Source: an uncultured Bacteroides sp. (lineage in GTDB: Bacteria; Bacteroidota; Bacteroidia; Bacteroidales; JACABE01). From it: 64,000 bases of DNA. Each line of letters begins with the position of its first letter. Position 1 is the first letter of the stretch. Positions 1 through 9,097 of this stretch are shown one piece after another. Position numbers and translations under genes: made by a program. The notes beneath the pieces were generated by a model. The model had not been told where the DNA came from. It worked only from the letters and a program-made list of their open reading frames with translations, and did not search any database. The DNA lies in assembly GCA_964496885.1 (NCBI GenBank), contig CAZCBG010000004.1:16455-80454 (forward strand), written 5' to 3'.

Positions 1-85
1 AAAGAAGTTTAATTTTTTTTTATTCAATTAAATATTTTGCCAGGCAGTTGTAATTCTTTCAATTTTAAAATAAACAACTCAGTTT

Positions 86-859
86 ATGAAAATATATTTA
101 CTTACACCAAGTTTAGTTTTTTTATCCATGTTATCGATTTTCAATCCTTTGAAATCGCAAAGCATTAATGAAAACGACAGCAATAAAACAAATCTGAAAT
201 TTACCATCGGTTCTGATATTGTCAGCCGGTTTATTTGGAGAGGAATAGATTATGGCAATTCTCCCGCTATACAACCAAGTTTTTCATTGACTACACATAA
301 GTTTGAAGTTGGTTGTTGGGGTTCTACAGCAACTAACAGTAATTATACCGAAATAGATTTATATGCTAAATATACAATTAATAAAATAGCATTTATCATT
401 ACCGATTACTTCGTTCCAACTATCAATGGAGGAACTAACCGCACTGATAATAGGTTTTTTAATTTCAACGACAAAACCACTTCTCATACTATTGAAGCAT
501 CATTAGCTTTTAAGGGAGATGAAAAATTCCCTCTTAGCTTGCTGTGTGGTGTTTACTTTTATGGAAATGATAAAAGGTGGGGTTATAATATACTAAAAGA
601 CAGCACAGAGAAAACATATTTTTCAACATATGCAGAAGCTGCATATACATTTAGCTTTCAAGAAAACACTGTTGATGTTTTTATAGGCATTACACCTTCG
701 GCGGGAGCGTACGGAAATAAATTCGGAGTTGTTAATGTGGGCATAGCTGGAAATCGCAAAATAAAAATTTCAGAGAATTTTGAATTGCCGATTAAAGCTT
801 CAATTATTTTCAATCCTTTGACGTCTAATGCCTTCTTTGTTTTTGGAATTACCCTCTGA
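86..859 (+). CDS. Small outer-membrane beta-barrel, TorF/Gcw_chp-like putative porin (paralog A)
   Basis: 257-aa ORF with a signal-like N-terminus (..FNPLKSQ). Motifs SDIVSRFIWRGIDYGNSPAIQPS and TEIDLYAKY fit the recalled TorF-family pattern. Aromatic C-terminus FFVFGITL. Clear paralog of 1281..2048. Confidence 0.6.
   Translation: MKIYLLTPSLVFLSMLSIFNPLKSQSINENDSNKTNLKFTIGSDIVSRFIWRGIDYGNSPAIQPSFSLTTHKFEVGCWGSTATNSNYTEIDLYAKYTINKIAFIITDYFVPTINGGTNRTDNRFFNFNDKTTSHTIEASLAFKGDEKFPLSLLCGVYFYGNDKRWGYNILKDSTEKTYFSTYAEAAYTFSFQENTVDVFIGITPSAGAYGNKFGVVNVGIAGNRKIKISENFELPIKASIIFNPLTSNAFFVFGITL
327..360 (+). repeat. 34-nt tract identical to 1516..1549 (inside porin paralog A)
   Basis: cagcaactaacagtaattataccgaaatagattt is present verbatim in both paralogs, while the flanking codons have diverged. 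Confidence 0.9.
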
Positions 860-1251
860 TTTCCTTAAGTTGCATCTAGGCTTAAAAAATCATTTATTTT
901 TACTCATCTTAGAAACTGTCTAAATTTATTTATATGAAATTTACAGGGCTTAAATACTTGTTAAAACATGTTTAAAAATCAAAATAAACTTCTTTCAGCA
1001 TAAGTGATAATTAATTGAAATTTAACTTTTTGCTTGATCAAAAAGTTACACCTGCCTGCCGGTAGGTAAGAAAAATCAAGCCTGTAAATAATTTGGAGTC
1101 TATCCTTCTACTCCCAAAAGCTATTAATTTATATTTAAATCTTTTTGTAATTAAAAATTCAGACAATTTCTAAGAAAATCTCTTAGTCTGTCCATAATTC
1201 TCTTATTATTAATTCAAATATTCTTCTATTGTCAGTCAATGAGGATGGTTT

Positions 1252-1259
1252 TACATTTG
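1252..1259 (+). promoter_or_regulatory. Bacteroidota -7 box (TAnnTTTG) for porin paralog B/amt
   Basis: tacatttg, 22 nt upstream of ATG 1281. Confidence 0.5.
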
Positions 1260-1280
1260 TGCTCAATAAATTAAAAAATT

Positions 1281-2048
1281 ATGAGCATTAAAATTACAAA
1301 ATTCAATTTCATCCTTTTAGTTGCATTCCTTTTGTGTAGTAACTTAAAATCTCAGAACAATACAGATACTACCAAAACAAAAATTAAGCTAAACATCAGT
1401 ACGGATATTGTAAGTCGGTATATCTGGAGAGGAAGTGATTATGGCAATTCTCCTGCTATTCAGCCAAGCCTATCGCTATCAGTTAAAAATATTGAAATAG
1501 GATGTTGGGGTTCAGCAGCAACTAACAGTAATTATACCGAAATAGATTTGTATGCCAAATATACTTATAAAAACTTCGGTCTAAGTTTTACTGATTATTA
1601 TGTTCCTACTCTAAATGGTTTGCCAACATCTCCTGACACCAGGTATTTTGCCTATACTGACAAGAAAACCGCACATTGTTTTGAAGCAGCAGTTTCATAT
1701 AAAGGTGGTGAAAAATTCCCACTTTGGCTGATGGGAGGCGTGTATTTTTATGGCAACGATAAAAGATGGGGCTATGATGTTCAAAAAGACATTTCAGAAA
1801 AAACCTATTACTCATCATATATAGAAGCTGGTTATTCTTTTGCTGTTCAGCAAAATAACATTGATTTTGTATTGGGTATCACTCCAACAGCTGGTGCATA
1901 TGGAAAAAAATTCGGAATTATCAATTTGGGTATCAGTGGAAGCAGAAAAATAAAAATCACTGAAAGTTTTGAAATTCCAATAAAAACATCTTTGATTTTC
2001 AATCCTCAGGCTTCAACGGCATTTTTCGTATTCGGAATCACATTATAA
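1281..2048 (+). CDS. Small outer-membrane beta-barrel, TorF/Gcw_chp-like putative porin (paralog B)
   Basis: 255-aa ORF, collinear with paralog A (TDIVSRYIWRGSDYGNSPAIQPS, TEIDLYAKY, FFVFGITL). TAcaTTTG box 22 nt upstream. 33-nt gap to amt. Confidence 0.6.
   Translation: MSIKITKFNFILLVAFLLCSNLKSQNNTDTTKTKIKLNISTDIVSRYIWRGSDYGNSPAIQPSLSLSVKNIEIGCWGSAATNSNYTEIDLYAKYTYKNFGLSFTDYYVPTLNGLPTSPDTRYFAYTDKKTAHCFEAAVSYKGGEKFPLWLMGGVYFYGNDKRWGYDVQKDISEKTYYSSYIEAGYSFAVQQNNIDFVLGITPTAGAYGKKFGIINLGISGSRKIKITESFEIPIKTSLIFNPQASTAFFVFGITL
1516..1549 (+). repeat. 34-nt tract identical to 327..360 (inside porin paralog B)
   Basis: Same 34-mer as at 327..360. It encodes ATNSNYTEIDL in both genes. Confidence 0.9.
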
Positions 2049-2081
2049 TTTTCATTAATAATCAATTAAATCTAAACAATT

Positions 2082-3299
2082 ATGTTAGACACAGGATCAA
2101 CAGGGTTTATGTTGCTGGCAACATCCCTGGTTATGCTTATGACACCGGGCTTGGCTTTTTTTTATGGAGGCTTGGCTACAAAAAGAAATATTTTAGGAAT
2201 CATGATACAAAGCTTTGTATCATTAGGATGGACTACTGTTTTATGGGTAATTTTCGGATATTCACTTTGCTTTAGCGGTGGAGAAGGTGGAATTCTGGGT
2301 AATTTAAACAAAGCTTTTTTAATGGGTGTTGGGATGGACAGTTTGTACAGCAATGGGAAAATACCTGAATTTGTATTTATTGCTTACCAGATGATGTTTG
2401 CCATTATCACACCGGCATTAATTACGGGAGCTTTTGCCAATAGGGTTACATTCAAATCGTACATGATTTTTTTAACGGTATGGCAAATTTTTGTATATTA
2501 TCCTTTTGTGCACATGATATGGGGCGGTGGTTTGTTAGCTCAATGGGGTGTGTTAGACTTTGCAGGAGGCATTGTTGTTCATGCTACAGCGGGGTTTGCT
2601 GCATTGGCTTCAGTTTTTTATGTTGGTGCACGTGTTGATAAAAACTCAACACCCAACAGTATTCCATTGGTTGCCATAGGCAGCGGTCTGCTTTGGTTTG
2701 GATGGTATGGTTTCAATGCTGGTTCTGAAGTATGTGTCGACAAAGTTACTTCATTGGCATTTTTAAATACAGATATTGCAGCTTCCTTTGCGACCATGTC
2801 GTGGCTAGCAATTGAATGGAGCAGGGAAAAGAAACCAAAACTCTTAGGTTTACTAACAGGTGGAATTGCAGGATTAGCAACCATAACTCCCTGTGCAGGG
2901 TTTGTCCCTATTTGGGCTTCACCAATTATAGGAACAGCGGCAGGTTTGGTATGTTATTTGGCCGTACAATTAAAAAACAAAATGAAATGGGACGATGCGT
3001 TGGATGTATGGGGCGTTCATGGAGTAGGTGGTTTTTTTGGAACCATCATGCTGGGTATTTTTGCATCGAAAGCTGTTAATGCTGCCGGAGCAGATGGTTT
3101 ATGGTTTGGCAATGCAATTTTCTTTGGGAAAGAAGTAGTAGCTGTAGTTGCTGCTTCTATTTATGGTTTTGTATTTACTTATATTATGCTTGTTTTAATA
3201 AATTTCATAACGCCTGTTCGGGTATCAGAATCTCAGGAAGCGCTAGGACTTGACCATTCATTACATGGTGAAAAGGCTTACGATGAAGGTGTTATATAA
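2082..3299 (+). CDS. amt: Ammonium transporter (Amt/MEP family)
   Basis: 405-aa polytopic ORF. Amt-like motifs by eye: LVMLMTPGLAFFYGG, DFAGGIVVHATAGFAAL, DVWGVHGVGGFFG. Hairpin terminator about 75 nt downstream. Confidence 0.9.
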   Translation: MLDTGSTGFMLLATSLVMLMTPGLAFFYGGLATKRNILGIMIQSFVSLGWTTVLWVIFGYSLCFSGGEGGILGNLNKAFLMGVGMDSLYSNGKIPEFVFIAYQMMFAIITPALITGAFANRVTFKSYMIFLTVWQIFVYYPFVHMIWGGGLLAQWGVLDFAGGIVVHATAGFAALASVFYVGARVDKNSTPNSIPLVAIGSGLLWFGWYGFNAGSEVCVDKVTSLAFLNTDIAASFATMSWLAIEWSREKKPKLLGLLTGGIAGLATITPCAGFVPIWASPIIGTAAGLVCYLAVQLKNKMKWDDALDVWGVHGVGGFFGTIMLGIFASKAVNAAGADGLWFGNAIFFGKEVVAVVAASIYGFVFTYIMLVLINFITPVRVSESQEALGLDHSLHGEKAYDEGVI

Positions 3300-3374
3300 T
3301 AATTACACATATTCTGCTTAATACTTTTTTAAAGTCTTCTGCACAATCAAATACAAAAACCAATGTATTTTTTG

Positions 3375-3420
3375 AAATGCCAATAGTGTTATATTTTAAC
3401 GCTGTTGGCATTTTTACTTT
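3375..3420 (+). terminator. Rho-independent terminator after amt
   Basis: Perfect 9-bp stem aaatgccaa/ttggcattt (3375..3383 / 3405..3413) followed by a T-run. Confidence 0.7.
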
Positions 3421-3582
3421 AGTTATTTATATAAAGTTTAATACTTTAGTTAGTAAACATTAATAACTGCAACACATTATAATTCAATCGATAGAATTGT
3501 TGGCTAATTTGGAGTTTAGGTGTCGGCTTGTTGTGTGAATTGACATTGTATATGACTGCTAAGAGAATGCTTTAAAAATGTA

Positions 3583-4305
3583 TTAAACAAAATTTCCGTC
3601 AATATACTTCTGAAATTTTTCTTTATATTGATCGCTTATAGGAATATATACTTTATTGTCAAAAACAATTCGGTTACGCTCTATCAATGAAATTTTAGCA
3701 AGATTAACAATATAGGATCTGTGAATCTTCATAAAGCGTTCGGATGGGAGTTGTTCTTCTATACTTTTCAAACTCAACTGTGTCATTACAGGGCTGGTAT
3801 TAATCAGATGTATTTTAATATACTCATGCTGGCTTTCAATAAATTTTATATCATCAAGTTCGATACGGATAAGCTTGTATTCAGATTTTACAAACAGATG
3901 ATTAGCAGTTGTCTTGACATTTTCCTTCTGATTACTTACAGTTAATTCAATAAGATTTTTCACCTTGTTCGCCGCTTTTAGGAAATTGCTGAAGGTAATT
4001 GGTTTTAATAAATAATCTGTGGCATCTACCTGAAAGCCCTCTAGAGCGAATTCACTATAGGCTGTTGTGAATACAATAAAAGGTTTGTTTGTCAACGATT
4101 TCACAAAGTCCATTCCACTGATTTCAGGCATATTAATGTCAATGAACAATAGTTGTATATCATCGTTGCTGTCAAGAATGCTCATTGCTTCAGAAGCACT
4201 TCTGCATTCAGCCACTAATTCCAGAAATGGGACTTTTTGAAAATATCCAGCTATCTTTTTTACTGCCAAAGGTTCATCATCAATGGCTATACATCTTATT
4301 TTCAT
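3583..4305 (-). CDS. LytTR-family response regulator
   Basis: 240 aa. Receiver domain (IAIDDEP.., LLFIDINMP) plus LytTR DNA-binding domain (FMKIHRSYIVNL). Start overlaps the kinase stop in ATGA. Confidence 0.9.
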   Translation of the reverse strand: MKIRCIAIDDEPLAVKKIAGYFQKVPFLELVAECRSASEAMSILDSNDDIQLLFIDINMPEISGMDFVKSLTNKPFIVFTTAYSEFALEGFQVDATDYLLKPITFSNFLKAANKVKNLIELTVSNQKENVKTTANHLFVKSEYKLIRIELDDIKFIESQHEYIKIHLINTSPVMTQLSLKSIEEQLPSERFMKIHRSYIVNLAKISLIERNRIVFDNKVYIPISDQYKEKFQKYIDGNFV

Positions 4306-5375
4306 ACCGGAATTATTAAATTAACTTCAAACTCATTTTCTTTGTCAATTATATCTAGCTTGTAATTATTTTCGTATAATAAACTCAGGCTTTTTTTAAT
4401 ATTTTCAAGTCCAAGACCCACATATTCGTCATAAGGATTTGTAACGGTTTTGTGTTTACTGTTTTTAATATTACAATTCAGCGTATTTTCATGGATTTGT
4501 ATTTCAAAATAAATATAAGATTTCAATGGATAACTCACGCCATGTTTAAAAGCATTTTCGAGCAACGAAATAAACAACATTGGTGGTATTTTTATATCAG
4601 GTATTTGAACTGGAATCATCAATTTAACTTCAACTTCATCAGAATGTCTGAGTTGCATCAACGAAATAAAGCTTCGTATAAATTCAATTTCTTTTTTCAG
4701 TTCAATGGTGTTTTGAGCCGAATCGTAGAGTAAATAACGCATCAATGTTGAAAGGCGTTCTATAGCATCCTGGGCTTTTACCGCATCCATTTCAATGAGG
4801 GTATGAATATTATTCAGCGTATTCATGAAAAAGTGAGGACTTACCTGATGTCTTAGTAAAGCCAGGTTGGTTTTGAGTTGTTCTTTCTCTGCATCTTTTC
4901 TCAGTTCCTCTTCACTTAACCATTTCGACATCAGTTTAATTGTTGTTCCTGCACCTACAATTAAGATACAAATAATTAAATTATCTGCAAAAGCCATTAG
5001 AGGCGGTTTATGCATTGGGGCTTTCAGCCCAAGTGGCAATAAGCCATTTGAGGCATTTATTTCGGAAGCAGTCCGGGATGAGAAGCCTGGAGGAAGGAAA
5101 ACATTAATAGCTAATACTAATAGAATTAAAGCAGATATTGAAAGAAAGTAATACAGGTATTTTTTTTTTAAAAGTAAGCGGGGTGCCAGAATATAGACAT
5201 TGACCAGAAAAATAACGAAATATCCAAACACATGCATCCAGTTTATCAACATGTCATTCCAGTTAATATGATCTGAACCTCGTTCGCTGAAATAAGGCAC
5301 TGAAAAAACCAATACCCAAATCAGTAAATATAATAAAAATTCAATTTTCCTGGCGTTTAATTTGAGTGAGTTCAT
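4302..5375 (-). CDS. LytS/YehU-type sensor histidine kinase
   Basis: 357 aa. Hydrophobic N-terminal half, His_kinase-type H region (RHQVSPHFFMNTLNNI), ATPase motifs (LENAFKHG, GLGLENI). Translationally coupled to the regulator. Confidence 0.85.
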   Translation of the reverse strand: MNSLKLNARKIEFLLYLLIWVLVFSVPYFSERGSDHINWNDMLINWMHVFGYFVIFLVNVYILAPRLLLKKKYLYYFLSISALILLVLAINVFLPPGFSSRTASEINASNGLLPLGLKAPMHKPPLMAFADNLIICILIVGAGTTIKLMSKWLSEEELRKDAEKEQLKTNLALLRHQVSPHFFMNTLNNIHTLIEMDAVKAQDAIERLSTLMRYLLYDSAQNTIELKKEIEFIRSFISLMQLRHSDEVEVKLMIPVQIPDIKIPPMLFISLLENAFKHGVSYPLKSYIYFEIQIHENTLNCNIKNSKHKTVTNPYDEYVGLGLENIKKSLSLLYENNYKLDIIDKENEFEVNLIIPV

Positions 5376-5397
5376 TCTACAAATGTATTAAATTACT

Positions 5398-7752
5398 TTA
5401 AAATTGTAATTTGTAAATAATATTCGGAAAGAAGCCAAGTTGATAGGTAGTTTTTATTGACCTGCTTCTATCGTCGTACTCCTGCGAAAAAACGTTTTCA
5501 TTATTCGTTACATTTTGCAAATCTAATGAAATCGAATGAGATATCTTCTTTGCAAGACTATTAAAAGTGAACCCAACTTTAAAATCCATTCTGAAATAAT
5601 CGGTATAAAAATCAGAATAAGCATTGGATGATAATACATTGTGTCCTGTTACCTGCGATGTGCTTAAATCTATTGGTGTGTATGCCCTTCCACCTGCATT
5701 GGTTAGTTTTAGATCGATACATATTTTATTTCTTTTATCGCTTCCAATTTTCCATTCTTTTCCACCCAATATATTATAAACATATCTTCCATTAAATGCT
5801 GTATTTCTTTCAATACCATCGCTTGCTGTATATTTTGAACTATAGATAGAAGAGGTAATTAGAACATAATATCCTTTGCTAAAAAACTTTTCTATTGTTA
5901 ATTCAACACCATAGTTGGTTCCAGTTCCAGTGTTTTTGAGGCTATCTTGCAAATCAGTTTTAAAACCTGCACCTGTATTTAACATAGAGTAGCTAGTGGA
6001 AAAGGTATTAACAGGAACATTGAAGAGAGATTGATAATATACCTCGGCTTTTAGACGCCAATCGGAATAAGGTTGCAGATCATACCCTACTACAAAATGG
6101 TGTGTTTTGGTAAAATCTAAGTTTTTATTATTATAATTATAAGTAGCATCATTATTTTGTGTTTGTAAGAAATATACATTTATGGGCTGCAATTGCGAGT
6201 GAAGTCCATATCCGAAACTCAAACTACTCTTGTTATTAATTTCATATTTTAGACCCAAACGAGGTTCAACAGAAATTGAATTATTCAAGAAGAAGTTTTG
6301 AGAATGCACCCCAGCATTTAGTGTTAAGTTTTCGTTTATACTATATTTTGTGTGAATATAAGCTTGAGCAAGGTTAGTATAGTTATCATAATCCCAAATT
6401 TGTTTCCAGGCTGATATAATTCTGTCTTTTGTTCTGTAATATAAATTTAAACCTATCATTTCATCCTGAATACCTATTTTTACAAATAATCTTTTATTAA
6501 TTTTAGAATTAAAACTTGTTGAAAAATTATATGCTGTTTTGGAAACATTGCTTTCTTCTTTCGTAAAGTTAGTGTTTGTAAAACGATCAAAACTATAATC
6601 AGTCTGATCTGTTTTTGTATAGTTAAAACCTACATTAGAAATAAAATAAGATTTCGCATTAAGCTGTAGGAAATGTTTAATACCAATAATTCCTATTTTA
6701 CTACTTAAGTCGTGCCCATCTCCACCACCATACATCGATGCTGGATTTCCATTTGAAATATTTATACTACTAGTAGCCAAGATACCAAATAAATTAAAAG
6801 AACCTATTTTGCTTTTTCCACTGTTGATATTGAAAGACAAATCCTGATATGAAGGTGTAGCAGTTGTGCCAATATTAACACCCATAGCCTGCGCAATTCC
6901 AGCCAATGCATAGCGATAACCCACCAAATAGGAAGCAGCGTTTGTTTTACTTATCGGTCCTTCGGTAGTTGCTTCCAAACCTGTTATCACACCCATTTGC
7001 AGTGTAGTTTCTCTTTTAGTGGAATTCCCGTTTCTAAAGCCCAAATCAAAAACTCCAGCGATTGCATTCCCATATTCAGCAGGGAAAGCGGAAGTTAAAA
7101 AATCAGAATTTTTCAATAAATTAGTATTTATAGCACTTACTGCACCACCGGTAGTTCCTAAAGTAGCAAAATGATTAGGATTTGTAACATTCATACCATT
7201 CAAACACCACAATACACCTACCGGCGAGTTTCCCCGGATAACAATATCATTTCTAGAATCGTCAGGAGTACTTACGCCCGCATAATTAGAAACCAATCGA
7301 GCAACATCACTACGACCACCAGAATATCTGTTAACTTCTTCCATCGAAAAAGTACGTGCGCTGATTGAAGTTAAATTATTGACCGTTTTATCTTTACTGT
7401 TTGCTGTAACAACAACTTCAGCTAAGTTAGTAATATTCTCTTCCATTTCAATATCCAATATTGTTTCTTTGCCTGATGTTACCACAACATTTGGAATAAT
7501 TACATCTTTATAACCTAGAAATGAAACACTAACTTCATACCTGTCAGGAGAAATATTTGTAAGAACATATTTGCCATTTACATCGCTTGAACATCCTTTT
7601 TTTAAATTATTAATTATAATCTGAATACTTGCTCCGGGCAATGTCATTTGAGAATATTTATCGCTTACAACACCTCGTATATTTTGCTTATTATTTTGAG
7701 CAAAAGTTAATTGAGCTAGTAAAAGCAAAATTATAAAAAAGTAATTTTTCAT
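5398..7752 (-). CDS. TonB-dependent receptor-like outer-membrane barrel with CarboxypepD_reg N-domain
   Basis: 784 aa. Signal peptide (..LTFAQ), CarboxypepD_reg-like IRGVVSD..PGASIQI, TonB-box-like LAEVVVTA, plug-like region, long beta-rich body, terminal ..YKLQF. Confidence 0.8.
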   Translation of the reverse strand: MKNYFFIILLLLAQLTFAQNNKQNIRGVVSDKYSQMTLPGASIQIIINNLKKGCSSDVNGKYVLTNISPDRYEVSVSFLGYKDVIIPNVVVTSGKETILDIEMEENITNLAEVVVTANSKDKTVNNLTSISARTFSMEEVNRYSGGRSDVARLVSNYAGVSTPDDSRNDIVIRGNSPVGVLWCLNGMNVTNPNHFATLGTTGGAVSAINTNLLKNSDFLTSAFPAEYGNAIAGVFDLGFRNGNSTKRETTLQMGVITGLEATTEGPISKTNAASYLVGYRYALAGIAQAMGVNIGTTATPSYQDLSFNINSGKSKIGSFNLFGILATSSINISNGNPASMYGGGDGHDLSSKIGIIGIKHFLQLNAKSYFISNVGFNYTKTDQTDYSFDRFTNTNFTKEESNVSKTAYNFSTSFNSKINKRLFVKIGIQDEMIGLNLYYRTKDRIISAWKQIWDYDNYTNLAQAYIHTKYSINENLTLNAGVHSQNFFLNNSISVEPRLGLKYEINNKSSLSFGYGLHSQLQPINVYFLQTQNNDATYNYNNKNLDFTKTHHFVVGYDLQPYSDWRLKAEVYYQSLFNVPVNTFSTSYSMLNTGAGFKTDLQDSLKNTGTGTNYGVELTIEKFFSKGYYVLITSSIYSSKYTASDGIERNTAFNGRYVYNILGGKEWKIGSDKRNKICIDLKLTNAGGRAYTPIDLSTSQVTGHNVLSSNAYSDFYTDYFRMDFKVGFTFNSLAKKISHSISLDLQNVTNNENVFSQEYDDRSRSIKTTYQLGFFPNIIYKLQF

Positions 7753-7826
7753 GTATAAAATTTTTAATAATGTAAAACGATGGCAGGTTTTGAAAACGCT
7801 TCCTTGTTTTTATTTATATTTTATGC

Positions 7827-9080
7827 TTATTGAATATTTCTCACAAGACGCACATAGTTTAATACCCTTTCTTCTCCTGCGCCGCTCCCTAATACCTTAG
7901 CGTCAAAACGAACTGCACCGGCACCGTGAAGGTCTTCGCCGTTTCCATCTTCTGCCCGTCCAAAAGCCACATACCATGCAAAAGTGTAAGTTCCATTCGG
8001 TTGCGGAATTGCAGATGTACTTGTCCAATAATAAGGATAGTCAGCCTTTCCACCATCGTTTAGAATACCAGTACAATTGAATAATGCATTTATTGCCGGT
8101 CCTACGTTGGCAGCGTTTGTTGCATTCGGAGAACGAGTGTAATCTACCAAACTTTGAAGTTCTTTTGTATTGGGCAATCGCCAATCGTTGTGACCCAGAT
8201 AAGTTGCGTTATTTTGTGTTTGCGCATAAGCTAGTGCGTGTTTCCAATCCATTCCAGAACCGTTGTCGGTTTGTGGCCACATTAAACCGGTAGCCAAATC
8301 AGAAATAGTTCCGTCATTATTATTTTGAAACAAATTTACACCATACGCAAGATTGCCACGTACACAACGAACCTGATGCTTTGGACCAGAACTGATACTA
8401 TAGGCTTTAATATGTCCGGTGCCAAAATTTACACCAAAAGCAAGTTTATCACCGGCTGCTTCGCCGTGTCCACCGCTTATGTTGCCCAGAACTCCAGTAT
8501 ATTTGTCGCTACTCCAGAATATTGCATGACTAAGGTCTTGTTCATCTGTATATTTAATGTCAAAATAGTTTGTGTCAATATAAGGCCATCCGATACTTGC
8601 ATTCCATAATGAGTATAGCTCCTTGATGGTTGGCACGCGCCAGTCGTTGTAGCCACCATATTTTTGATTGTTCAGATTGTCAACTACGGTTTGAGTTGAA
8701 GCCCAATAATAAGTGCCAATGTCATACGTTTTTTGCCAGGTTAAGCCTGTAACTTCATCCTTAACTGTAAGTCCATCGCTGCTTTTGGTGTAAACGGGAG
8801 TTGTATGTGTAAACTGAGCATCTTGTCCATAAAATGCGGAATTGGTTGTTGGAGCTGCGATACTGTTGCCGATGCTATCCCAAATACCGGTTTGACTTGT
8901 ACCGATAACGTGGTAGCAGCCAGCATAAGCCGCTGCTCGTGGAACAGTTTTTAAATCACCAGTAATTGAAGTTGTTGCTGAATTATCATCTTTCTTACAC
9001 CCTGCTAAATTCATATTTAGAAGGACTAAAACACCTATTAAAACTGAAAGAAAATTTTTTTGATTTATTTTTGATTTCAT
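7827..9080 (-). CDS. DUF1566 (Lcl C-terminal, C-type-lectin-like) lipoprotein
   Basis: 417 aa. Lipobox-like ..NLAGCKKDD. Two DUF1566-type units (GYNDWRVPTIKELYSL; GHNDWRLPNTKELQSLVDY). C-terminal ..YVRLVRN. Confidence 0.75.
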   Translation of the reverse strand: MKSKINQKNFLSVLIGVLVLLNMNLAGCKKDDNSATTSITGDLKTVPRAAAYAGCYHVIGTSQTGIWDSIGNSIAAPTTNSAFYGQDAQFTHTTPVYTKSSDGLTVKDEVTGLTWQKTYDIGTYYWASTQTVVDNLNNQKYGGYNDWRVPTIKELYSLWNASIGWPYIDTNYFDIKYTDEQDLSHAIFWSSDKYTGVLGNISGGHGEAAGDKLAFGVNFGTGHIKAYSISSGPKHQVRCVRGNLAYGVNLFQNNNDGTISDLATGLMWPQTDNGSGMDWKHALAYAQTQNNATYLGHNDWRLPNTKELQSLVDYTRSPNATNAANVGPAINALFNCTGILNDGGKADYPYYWTSTSAIPQPNGTYTFAWYVAFGRAEDGNGEDLHGAGAVRFDAKVLGSGAGEERVLNYVRLVRNIQ

Positions 9081-9097
9081 TTTTTATAAATTTTGAT

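Noticed and set aside
908-1174. Possible invertible promoter between the porin paralogs: cttagaaactgtcta (908..922) versus cagacaatttctaag (1160..1174), 13 of 15 complementary, flanking about 240 bp.
   Set aside because: By my rough estimate, a 13/15 inverted match within a 420-bp AT-rich spacer is expected about once by chance. No recombinase gene is nearby. The recognisable -7 box (1252..1259) lies outside the flanked segment.
1606-3079. Track ORFs antisense to or overlapping porin B and amt (1606..1818, 2162..2353, 2618..2884, 2816..3079).
   Set aside because: They lie entirely inside strongly supported genes and have no motifs. Their composition is consistent with shadow ORFs. The same reasoning applies to the other embedded ORFs in the track, such as 3721..3945, 4452..5151, 8084..8926, 9397..9648, 15463..16578, 31260..32072, 33433..33808, 48566..49075, 52079..53629, 54731..55045, 62033..62613 and 63601..63997.
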